The notes beneath the pieces are model-generated. The model saw nothing but the letters and a program-made list of their open reading frames with translations, was not told the DNA's origin and searched no databases. The position numbers and the translations under genes are program-made. A stretch of DNA of 64,000 nt from a virus, in IMG/VR virus record IMGVR_UViG_3300028048_000053, positions 98,692 through 162,691 of that record. One strand, 5' to 3'. Positions 23,167 to 33,388 of this stretch are shown piece after piece. The first letter of the stretch is position 1. Each line of letters begins with the position of its first letter.

Positions 23167-23625
23167 ATGGATTTTTTAGACATATTTGTCAAATATTGGC
23201 TATAGTGGCTATTTGGTTTAATAGCAGCTGGCATAGCTTTTGGAGCAAAACATTATGTAACACTTCAAAAGAAAAGCTGGCAAGCAAAATGGGACGAAAA
23301 AATTAAAACAGATGTAATTGATAAACTCGAAGCTGAAATGGCTGAGCAGAAGCAAGAATTTACACAAGCTGACTAGAACATTTACGCAGAGATAGAAGCA
23401 TTATCAGCGGCTTTGGAAAATGCGACTATTGGCATTTTGTCAATCCAAAGCAAAATGTTTTATGATGAATGCCGCAGACTACTGGACCCAAACCATGTAA
23501 TAACATTGGACGAATATGAACAATTTAATAAGGATTATGAAGCTTATAAGGCTCTCGGAGGCAACCATAGGGGAGATATTCTGTATAAGAGTGTGGTTGT
23601 TAAATTCGAGGAAAGCCTAAAATAA
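23167..23625 (+). CDS. Small membrane protein with an N-terminal TM helix and a coiled coil. Holin- or spanin-like candidate, on the plus strand inside the minus block.
   Basis: TM YWLQWLFGLIAAGIAFGA. Two in-frame TAG codons. Followed by a terminator. Confidence 0.45.
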
Positions 23626-23630
23626 AAAAT

Positions 23631-23671
23631 AAGGGCGAGAATTTTAATTGATTCTCGCCCTTATTTTTTTT
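23631..23671. terminator. Bidirectional terminator shared by convergent genes
   Basis: AAGGGCGAGAAT-tttaattg-ATTCTCGCCCTT hairpin plus a T9 run. Confidence 0.6.
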
Positions 23672-23673
23672 TA

Positions 23674-24063
23674 TCAATGAATATAATAAACTCTTGTTTC
23701 AATCATGCTTTTAATATATTCGTTTAAGTCAAGTGATATACTCTATAAGTAATTCCGTGCTTCACTTGGTAAAAGCTCTAGCACAGCTTTATAAGTATCT
23801 TCAAAAGCTTTCTTTTGAGCTTCTAAATCAAACTTACCTTGCTTTTTTAATGAATCGACATAGGTTTGCTAAGTCGTCATAACGCAGTTGGTAACTGTTT
23901 GATTTAGCATATCAATATATTTATTATAAAGCTCATTATTTGTTTTTGTTTTTAATTCCTCTGCCTTAGTAGAAATCCAGGAGACTAAGTATTTGGTTAG
24001 AATAATTAGCACTGGGATGATTACTAGCTGAAAAACAGAAGATATAATATCTTGAATGTTCAT
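23674..24063 (-). CDS. Small membrane protein (TM plus coiled coil), with the same architecture as the 23167-23625 plus-strand gene
   Basis: TM LVIIPVLIILTKYLVSWI. Two TAG codons. RBS TAGGAGGAG before the ATG. Confidence 0.45.
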
Positions 24064-24069
24064 TTTATA

Positions 24070-25134
24070 TTACTCCTCCTAAAGAAATTTATTGTACATA
24101 TTTATCCAGTCTGGGATACATTTTCGCCAAGAAAAATCATAAGTCATAACTTCTGCAATCTTTTTTTGCAATAGTTTTTTGTTATTATAAAGTGAACAAG
24201 CTTCTGAAATAGCTTGGTTAGAATTAAAATATGGAATACAATTATGCTTGTTGAAGGAATCGCTTATTCCCTAAGACAACTAAATTATTGGAATAGCTCC
24301 ATATCGACAAGCATGACGCGGCATTAAAGGAGAAATATCATTAATTGTATTAACAGTCAAGAAGAAATCTGACCCAGACAAAAATTTCACTGTATGCTAT
24401 GGAGACATCCATTCATCCATTGAAATTATATGACCATATTTAATCTTTTCTGGACATACGCAAAGAAAGATTCCATTGTTTTCATCAATACAATCTGCTA
24501 TTTCATAAAACAAATTTATGCCTTTTTTCTCAACAAAACGCCCCATATACAGAAATATCGGCTAATTTGAATTGATTGATAAGACTTTACATAAGTTGTT
24601 TTTGCATATAGTTTTACCAAGTTGATGTTTGGCATTATATTTACAAGGTAAAAACATTCCATTATCTGGATCAATAATATCATCCAATATACCTGTGGAA
24701 AGAGCATAGTCAGCACAGAATTTATGCTAAAGATTGGCAGATAAAACAACTGTTTTTTTATATAACCCACAGGGTATTCTTTCATCAATTGTATACAAAA
24801 TCTTATTCCTATATTTCTTATTTATAAATGGCTCTATATCAACCAACTAGATAATATCTGGGTCTATTGTATCAAGCACGGTATCTAGATAATTCCAATT
24901 CGTTAGTTCATAAAAAAACACTTTTAAAAATTGACAAACAACATAATTTTCTTGTTTTTGTATGAAATCAGTGGAAAAATCTATAAAAAAAGTCTATTCT
25001 TTGTTTTCAGTAATAACATAAACTTCTTGACCACTATCAGCGAGAGATATTGCCAATCCATCAATAAATTCTGAAACTCCCGTCTATATTTTATTGCATA
25101 TAATACTTTGGCTACCAATTAAACATATTCTCAT
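24070..25134 (-). CDS. GT-B glycosyltransferase (GT4/GT5 glycogen/starch-synthase-like), about 354 aa, about 9 TAG codons
   Basis: N-terminus MRICLIGSQ...ADSGQEVYVIT is the GT4/GT5 signature. Its start overlaps the upstream stop as ATGA (translational coupling). The C-terminus is read through TAG codons. Confidence 0.55.
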
Positions 25135-26360
25135 TTTAAAATTTGTTGCACCTTTCTTTCATGGAGCAAAGATTTTACCATTCTCAATCCGGAAGCAGTA
25201 TCCATAGTTTTTAGCAATTCTTCATTTGCGGCTGTTTCAGAAGTAAGTAATCCTTCCGCCCAATAGGTTTTATCAGTTGTCCATAATCCATAACATGTAT
25301 CTTGTTCAAGTTTTATTTCTCTTTTTATTAGTGCAGGGGTTGAACCATCGATTTTTACAGCTCGTTCACCAATATTCCACAAATGCAAATATTGATAAAA
25401 ACCTTGTTCGATATTGAAAAATCTATGTGGATTGGTTGTATGGACAATAGTGCCATCATCAAAATAATAATAATTAGAAACTGGACTTATTCCTTGATTG
25501 GCTATTTTTACAATTCCAACAGGGTTTTTGTTTTTTCCTAAAACTCTATCCTTAACTGTTAAATCCTTAATCATTTTCTAAGTTCCGTCAGCCATAGTTA
25601 TTAAACTATCACCACTTAAACACTCAAACCTTATATAATAGATTGCTTCATCAACGTTTATATTTAAATTTTCATTTCCAGTTGCAAGACAACAAACATA
25701 AAAGTGATTTTCTGCGCCACTGGTAGCTGTAAATGCATCACTCAGCGTATTAGTAATACTCTATTCTTCTTCATTGGTTTCCCACTAAAAATAAAAATTA
25801 AAGTTAAGGTCTTCTCCTCCAGGGTTACTCAAACTTGTACCAGCAAAAAAATTCGCTATTGCATCGTCTTTTGTTTTCTCTTTGTTACTAATTAGATATA
25901 CCATATCATTATATATACTCATTGAGTTTGGGTTAATACTACCCTAAATACTCCAAAATTTTTGAATAGGACTTGTCTCTGTGTTGCCATCTGAATGAAC
26001 TGACCACTAAATTTGATCGCTATAATAAATATTATAATTTTCTATTGCTTCTACATCTATTTCCTCGTAATCATCAATAGGTTCAGTATATTCTTCAACG
26101 GCCAAAGTGAAAGTTAAAGTATGGTCCGATACTAAATATTGATTGGGATAATCACGCCAAGCTATAAGTGCCCATGAATATAAATCATTTTCATCGCATT
26201 GTAGCTATTCGTTATTAGTAATAAACGTAATATTATTTAACTACTCTTCTAAAAGGTAAAAAGGAGGGTCGTTTAAATAATATTTGAAATCATATATACT
26301 ATTATCGCCAAAAGTAGCTTCAAACTTGGATTCAAAAGAATTTTGTGAAATAAGTCCCAT
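25131..26360 (-). CDS. Virion-module protein containing a Hint / bacterial intein-like (BIL) domain in its C-terminal half. Start uncertain.
   Basis: Block A-like RFE|CLSGDSLITMADGTQKMIKDLTVKDRVLGKN. C-terminal block ...TYWAEGLLTSE. Single frame (low positions congruent to 25572 mod 3) through about 8 TAG codons. Ends with TGA at 25131. Candidate starts are ATG 26360 or 26489. Confidence 0.55.
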
Positions 26361-26615
26361 AGACTCCGAATATATTTTTAACTACTATAATACAAAAAAA
26401 ACATTTTCATTGTTAATTAAAAAAGAAAACTAAGACAATAATTCTAGAGGAACTAAAGAAAAATTTATAGATGAAATATTGCTCGAACATTTAAAATCTA
26501 TTTGTTTAATCCTAGCTAATGTCCAATATACTGGAACATACATAAAAGAGGTTAGAATACAAGACTGTAGTAAGCCCGGAAAATCAGGGTGCGTCACCAC
26601 AACACACTAAGCTCG

Positions 26616-27293
26616 TTTATTGTCGGCCCCCGTATTTATATAAGAAGTAAAAGATTTTTTTTTCTTGTTTATTTTGCATATTAAACTATCATTGCTGGAT
26701 AATTGTAAATTTGATGCAGTCTAAGACAAATCCCGCACAAAAATAAAACGAGGTAATTGTTTCTCGTTTAGTAAATTCGGTGATACAAAAAATAGCAATC
26801 CGCTATATGCACTATCGGCGTCATAGTTTTCTAGCTGTGACAAATCAAAATACTTTAAATATGTCATTGGATTAGCACTTTGAATATCTTCATCTGATGC
26901 AAGAAAAGACTGCACATTGGTCATCATTTCTGATATAATTTGGGATAAATTACCAAAATACATTACTCCCAAATCAGACTAGCCATTTATTGATAGAAAG
27001 TAACAAGACAAATCTACATAGCTGCCATCCTCTAGAGGAAGTTGTAATATAAAGGTATCTGTATTTTCTGGCAAATAATTTAAGTTTAAATTCAAAGAAG
27101 AAATTTCTGTTCCAGAGTATATTCTTTTTTGTTCATCTGTAATATCATCTGTAATAACAAATTCTATTTGCGATGCTTCCTAGGAAGGCTCATTTGCTGG
27201 AACCGGTAAATAGTTTGCAGTTTTTGCTCCAATATGATGGATTTGTTCAAAAAAGGAATGTGTAGTTCCAGAAGTAAAAGTCCATTGAGACAT
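26616..27293 (-). CDS. Hypothetical protein (about 225 aa)
   Basis: GAGGGGG RBS and ATG 27293. Fragments 26721-26972 in frame. TAA at about 26616 after a T9 homopolymer. Confidence 0.4.
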
Positions 27294-27296
27294 TAA

Positions 27297-27563
27297 TTAT
27301 TCCCCCTCGTCCTATTCAGGAATATCTTCACTTTCAATAAAAGAAGAAACAACCAAAAATACATCGCCTTCTTCTACCTAAGATAAATCATCATCTTCCG
27401 AATATATGGTGTAAAGTTGCTCAATCTTTTCCGAAACCTAATTCGCCGTTAGTCCATTCTCCTAGATATTATCATCTAGAGTTTTTTCATATATACTATC
27501 AACTATACTTTGCCAATCCTCCTAATACATTTTTACAAAACTATTATTATCAGTCTAACCCAT
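27297..27563 (-). CDS. Small acidic protein (about 88 aa) transcribed divergently from UppS
   Basis: ATG at about 27563 preceded by AAAGGAGG. Ends GEE-TAA. Confidence 0.35.
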
Positions 27564-27587
27564 GTTTGCCTAAAATCCTCCTTTAAA

Positions 27588-27678
27588 ATCCCTTTTTATT
27601 TTTATAATAACATAAAAAATATGTAATGTCAAACTTGACAAAATATATTTTTTATGTTATTATAAAAATAAAAAGGGA
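27588..27678. promoter_or_regulatory. About 90-bp near-perfect palindrome forming back-to-back sigma70-like promoters (TTGACA-17-TATTAT on each strand) with symmetric RBSs
   Basis: Arms 27588-27622 and 27644-27678 are reverse complements. Inner palindrome TGTCAAACTTGACA. Plus-strand -35 at 27635-27640 and -10 at 27658-27663. Confidence 0.55.
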
Positions 27679-27687
27679 TGAATAATA

Positions 27688-28323
27688 ATGATTACACATT
27701 TAGCAATAATTCCAGATGGCAACCGAAGATGGGCCAGGGAACGTGGTCTACCCGATGGGGCTGGACACGCGCAGGCCCCAACCGTATTATTGCGGATACT
27801 TGATTGGTGTATAGATAAACAAATCAAATATTTAACAGTTTATTGTTTTTCTTCCGATAATTGGAAACGCTCTTCGGAAGAAAGAGCAAATTTAAATGCT
27901 ATTGCCATTCAGTTTTTTACTGATTTTACAGATTGGTTTTTGAAAAACGATATTCGTTTTGTCGCTTAGGGAGATAGAACTGGTTTTAATAAATTCAGCG
28001 AAGAGTTATAGAGCTGTATCTATCAGGCAGAAGAAAAGACAAAAAATTGTTCAACTTTAACAGTTTTTTGTTTACTTAACTATAGTGGTCAACAAGAATT
28101 AATAAATACCATTTCTCAAGGCAAAACACCCGCAGACCTGCGGCCTCCGGTAGATGTAATTGTTAGGACTGGCAAAGAAAAGCGTTTAAGTAATTTTTTA
28201 CCCTGGGAAGCTTGTTATGCTGAGTTAGTATTTAGAGACGAGTATTTTCCAGATATTGACTATTTTATTTTAGAAGATATTTATCAGGAATATGAATCTC
28301 GAGATAAAAGATATGGCAAATAA
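27688..28323 (+). CDS. uppS: Undecaprenyl-pyrophosphate synthase homologue (cis-prenyltransferase, UppS)
   Basis: HLAIIPDGNRRWA, LTVYCFSSDNWKRS, DVIVRTGKEKRLSNFLPWEACYAELVF and C-terminal RDKRYGK align with E. coli UppS blocks. One in-frame TAG at about 27970. Confidence 0.8.
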
Positions 28324-28324
28324 C

Positions 28325-28352
28325 GGAGAGAAATTTTTAATTTCTCTCCATT
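28325..28352. terminator. Bidirectional terminator (GGAGAGAAATTTTTAATTTCTCTCC plus T-run)
   Basis: Perfect hairpin right after the uppS stop and before the stop of the convergent minus gene. Confidence 0.6.
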
Positions 28353-28355
28353 ATT

Positions 28356-31226
28356 TTATTCTTCTGGCTCTTGCGTTGGTAATGTAGGCGTGATAGATAC
28401 ATTTGTTATTTTATCTTCGGTAACAACCGCACCATCTACGCCCAAAATTGTTTTACCTTGGATAATATTACTTTCGTCTAAATTTGTATACGAATCGGTA
28501 TTCATTAATAAAGTATATTCTAAATCATTCTAATGAATAGTAGCATAATTTGTTGTCGAGCCATTTTCCAATTCGTTATTCTTATTTGGTATTGTAATAT
28601 TAGTATTTATTTCAACGTCTGCGACAGGTCTAAATGTATTTCCTTGCTTTACATAAAGCTCATTGCCAAGAAGCTATCCAATAGAGTGCTCAGAGTAATC
28701 TTCTCCAATAGTATATAGAGTATCATTGTTTATCTGAATCTAAGATTGTGATTTTGGTGATTTAGAAGCACTAATGTTCATTGTGCCGTTATGATTTAAA
28801 GAATAACTAATTTTACTCACAATATATTCCCCATTTATATTTGATTTTTCATCAAAAACCTAAATTAATGAATTTGGCTCTAGATTGTATATTGGAATTG
28901 CGGTTAATGAAATATTTTCTATACAATAAGCATATTGATAAATTAAATCGTCAATCTTATTTTTTGCACTAATATTTCGATAACTGATAGACAAATATTT
29001 ATTAAAACCTTTAGGAATATAAATCCAGGTATATCCAGTCTGTGAATCTAACATTTCTTTTGATGGAGTTTGCGATATATCTTCTGAAGGTCTAGTATCA
29101 TATAAAATTAAATCCGGAATTTCTTTAAAAATAATTGCCGAAACCTTATCATCGTTAATAACTTTTTGTCTATCTCCAACTTGTGGAATTGAGAATTGGC
29201 TTAATTCGTCTCCCTAATCTAAAAAGTCTATCCAAAAATTTAGAACCTCTGGATTATAACGGACATTTTTATTCCACCATTTAAAACCACCCTCGTCTTC
29301 ATCAAAATACTCGCTTACATCCTCTTGCGTTTGGTCAACCCATACTCTTTGTTTAGTATAAAAGCCAGTTGTTTCATTACGCTTTATTTCTTCTGTATAT
29401 TCTCCTGGAGTATACTTATATTCATGCGGAAAATTTGGATAATATAACTATCTCCAAAAACCTTGCATGTCGGTATAATACTATTCATATCCAGTATATC
29501 CAGTAGGATAGAGAGAGGGATTGCGGGCCGCCACTTCTGCGAGAAAATCATCTGGATAAATCATAGGAATGAAATTTCCTGGATTATTTTCATCTGATAT
29601 ATATAATGGCTATTCTTCTGAACAACCATGTCCAGCAAAATAATCCAAAGCCATCTGATAAATAATTTCACGCCAATCAACAACATTATCACTCGCGTGC
29701 TGATAAGTTGTTGTGTATACTTGTCCATTTAATGCTTTATAATATGTAGGTTTTTTATCAATCGCATATCTAGCATGAATTGGTATATCTTCGCCATTAA
29801 TACCCTTTCTTTTACCCCAAACTATAAAATCATTTTTTAAATTAGTTAATACCGGAGTATTCTAAATAGCTGTAATTAAATTATTTCCTTCAAAACTATA
29901 AGAATACTTACTTAAATTATTGGCGTAAGTAACATATCGCTCATCATCAGTTGTTATAAAATGACTCCAGCTCGTATTCACGTATATAGGTTTGCGTCTA
30001 AATATAAATCTACCATCTGTATCATAAAAATATTCAAAATCGCCAAGCATATTTTTTATCTTATCTAATACAGAGGTAAGTGATTCTCCGATCGAGGTAA
30101 TCAAATCACCGTTATAAACTAAATCGGTGATACGATATCCAATATCTTGTCCATATTCAATTTTTGCGGCGGTATAAAATTGTTTTTTCTCAGAGTCAGA
30201 AGCACTCTAATAGTCTTCTTCTGAAGATATAATAAAAGTTCCACTATCATTCCGGATAATACTTCCCGTAGTAGCAATACTTTCTTCTACCAATGAATCC
30301 CACTAAAATCCTTCTTCATTAGCAACCGAAAAATCTTTTAAAAATCTAACATTTGTAAAATGCCCAGTAGATTTTTGTCGTAAAACAACAAGTGGCTCAT
30401 CACCACGCCATAATACTTGCTCTAAAGCGTATTTATCTACATCTTGAATAATAATATTATGGAAAGGTTCTTTAGCATATGCATGAACTGACTCTCTAAT
30501 AATTTTTTCAAGAGGTATCTTTTTGATTGAATAATTACGTTCAACCTCATATAAATCTTTTAACTAAAAATTATTATCTTCGGATTTCCAGCTTGCGGTT
30601 GTGTTTAATAAATAATAATCGGGTTGGTCTTGTTTTTTATAGAAATAAGTATTTGCTATACATGTTTGAGTAGTATCGGCTGAAACAAATAACTAATGTG
30701 GAGTAATTATTTTTTTATATTTTGTATAATGATTTCCAGTATAAGTTTTGGGATTGGTATTATCATAAATATATGAACCATTTAATAGAAACCAGTTTCC
30801 ACCGTTATTATCTAATTCAAATACGCACTATTCTATTGAAGTATCATTCGAATCAACTTTCTCATAATAATCATAAGACATAAGAGTATTTGAGTTATCA
30901 GCTGTTGGTTCAACCTTTCTTACTTGGTAAGACAAGGTTTCTTCGGTGCCAAAGTCAATAGAAGCGAATAACTAGCCGCCAAGTTCACCATTTAACATAC
31001 ACATCTTATCTTTGCCGGATAAAGAAATGGTTAAACCATTTACCGATAAAGATGTGTTAAATGATGTAAGAATATATGTTCCCATGGGAAACCAAACTAT
31101 CTCAGGGTATTTTCCAAAAGTAGGAGAGTACTCATTGGATAGCAAATTGCTTATTCCTATTTCGAGCTTAAATTTTGTTTTGAGGCTCCAATAGTAGTCG
31201 TTGATGTTTACATCTGCGGCTACCAT
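28356..31226 (-). CDS. Large tail-associated protein (about 950 aa, more than 15 TAG codons). Function unknown; distal tail or baseplate by position.
   Basis: Fragments 28860-29054, 29862-30104 and 30972-31226 share one frame. TAA at about 28356. Start is ATG 31226 or a non-canonical start near the AAGGAGG RBS at about 31424. Confidence 0.45.
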
Positions 31227-31437
31227 GGTTAGGCTGCAAGTGCGGCGGACCGCAGATGCTCCATCAATATTTATGCTTCCTCCGGTTATTTTTCCCTAGG
31301 CTTCATCTACATAATCTTCATTTATATTTAAAGCAATAATTTTTGCATAAAATGCTTTATATTGCTATTCATTTATTTGTTGTAAAAAATCCGTGTCTAA
31401 GAGATAATTCAAAATCTATTACCTCCTTAAAGATAAG

Positions 31438-33165
31438 TTATACGATTTGATTGCTTGTGTAATAAGTTGTGTTGATATCTGGAGTGCCTGTAAATGTGCC
31501 GCCTGTATTTAAAAACATGTTAGAAAGTGCGTTGCTCGCCGTCGTTCCCGTTCCTTCTGCCGGTATGCGGTATGAGGATTGGTATTCTTCTGACGTAGAT
31601 AATTGTATTTTTGTACAACCTTTAAACATACTGTCATAGCATCCGGTTGTAAGTTTTGTTGCTGGCAGAGATGGTAAACCTATGAGCTCGACACACTCTT
31701 GATACATATATCTGTAGCAGTAGTTTGCAAGACTCGTTGCTGGAAGTCTCGTTGGTGTCTGGAGACTGCTGCATCCCCGGAACATAGCCTGATAGCAATA
31801 GGCCGCAAGAGTGGTAGCGGGGAGATTCGGCGCCTGACGCAGAGAGCTGCACCCTTCAAACATGGATGCGTAGCAAGATTGACCAAGCGATGTGGCGGGT
31901 AGCTCCGGGGGAATCTGCAAAGATGAGCAGCCTTCGTACATGCGCCCATAACAGTAAGCTGCTGCGGTGGTGGCTCTCAAAACGCCGGGATTCTCGAGTG
32001 CGCTGCAGTATCGAAACATAGAATGGAAGCAGCTACTATTTAGGCTTGTAGCAGATATATCAGGAGCAGAGAGCAGTCTTGTACACCCTTCAAACATACT
32101 TTGATAACACTTATCCTTCATCGATGTGGCAGGGAGCGCCGGAGCCGATTCGAGGGAAGTGCAACCCTTGAACATTTCACAGTAGCACATCGTTCCAAGC
32201 GTTGTTGCAGGCAGGGCCGGAGGCACCTTGAGGCTCGTGCAGCCTTTGAACATATTGGTGTAGCAGTACCCACTTGAAAGCGATCTCGCCGGAAGCTCTG
32301 GTGCATCTTCAAGGGCAGTGCAATTCTCGAACATGTATCCGTAGCAGGTCATAGGCAGCGACGTTGCCCTCAGCGCAGGAGCTTTGCGGAGCGCAGTACA
32401 GCCTGAAAACATAGAGTGATAGCATTTTTGGCCTAATGAAATAGCTGGAAGTTCAGGGGGCTCGACCAATGATTTACATCCAGAAAAGCAGAGAGTAAGG
32501 CAGTTTGCTCCAAGCGACGTGGCGGCGATAACGGGCGCTTCGCTTATCTTGCAGGCAGCAAACATCCCGTTATAGCACGATTCTGGGGCAGTTTTAGCTG
32601 GCAAGATTGACGGGCCTTTCGTCAGGTTCGTGCAGCCGTGGAACATATAAAAGAAACATTGCTCGGAAATTGTTGGCAACGGGATTTCAGGGGCAGAAAC
32701 AAGCGCAGTACAACCATAGAACATGCAAGAAAAAGCACCTGTTGTCACCGACGGGTGAAGCCCATCAGCCACTTGTTGATAGTCAAGTAAGTTCTCGATG
32801 TTCCCTGAGCAATGGACATTTTCTCCAGTAATTGTCCATTTATAACTTGGCGGATAATTGAAATTATATCCGGTAATCTTGGTATTATTTCTCCCACGTA
32901 GATATAATTTGTTTTTCTATCCACTTGTAAGTGTATCTTCGCCATCCCATACCTCCCACGTCCTCCCATTAGTAGACCATTCCAGCGTTCCATTCCAATG
33001 CTTAAAAGCGGTCAATGTAAACGGTCCTATGCTGCTAAAAGTAAGACACGAATCATTCACAGGCTCTTCGGTTTTTTCCCAAAGCTATATATCTCCTTGA
33101 TATACCTTTTTTATATTTTTTTCGCCTTTATAAATAGCCGAAATATTTTCCCAGTTAGAAATCAC
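31438..33165 (-). CDS. Surface/receptor-binding protein with about 16 BspA-type leucine-rich repeats (LRR_5 family)
   Basis: Repeats of C(Y/F)xxMFxGC(T/S)SLxxxPxLPAT(S/T)L, about 23 aa, throughout 31438-32772. That part is GC-rich and TAG-free. The frame continues upstream through 2 TAG codons to GTG at about 33165 with a GAGGAAGAGGAG RBS. Confidence 0.7.
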
Positions 33166-33179
33166 TCTTATTGCTCCTC

Positions 33180-33386
33180 TTCCTCAATAAAATAAAAAGT
33201 TAAAGTATCATGACTACTTAATTCATCATAGTCTTCTTGAGTGCCGGTCCAAATAGAATCTAGTGAGCCAATTGCAGTAGTGAGTTCTGCTAGTGTAAGA
33301 GTTTGGTTTTCCCCAGTCTTCAATCGAACCGCATCGACTATGTCATCTAAATGCTACTTTGATATAATAAATTCGGTATCCACTAT
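33180..33386 (-). CDS. Small hypothetical protein (about 70 aa) with an acidic C-terminus
   Basis: Weak. ORF between fibre A and the LRR gene, read through 2 TAG codons. Confidence 0.25.
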
Positions 33387-33388
33387 TT

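Noticed and set aside
32745-32993. 82-aa ORF 32745-32993 overlapping the LRR gene start.
   Set aside because: It lies in a different frame inside the continuous LRR-gene reading frame, which runs through to about 33165. It is most likely spurious.
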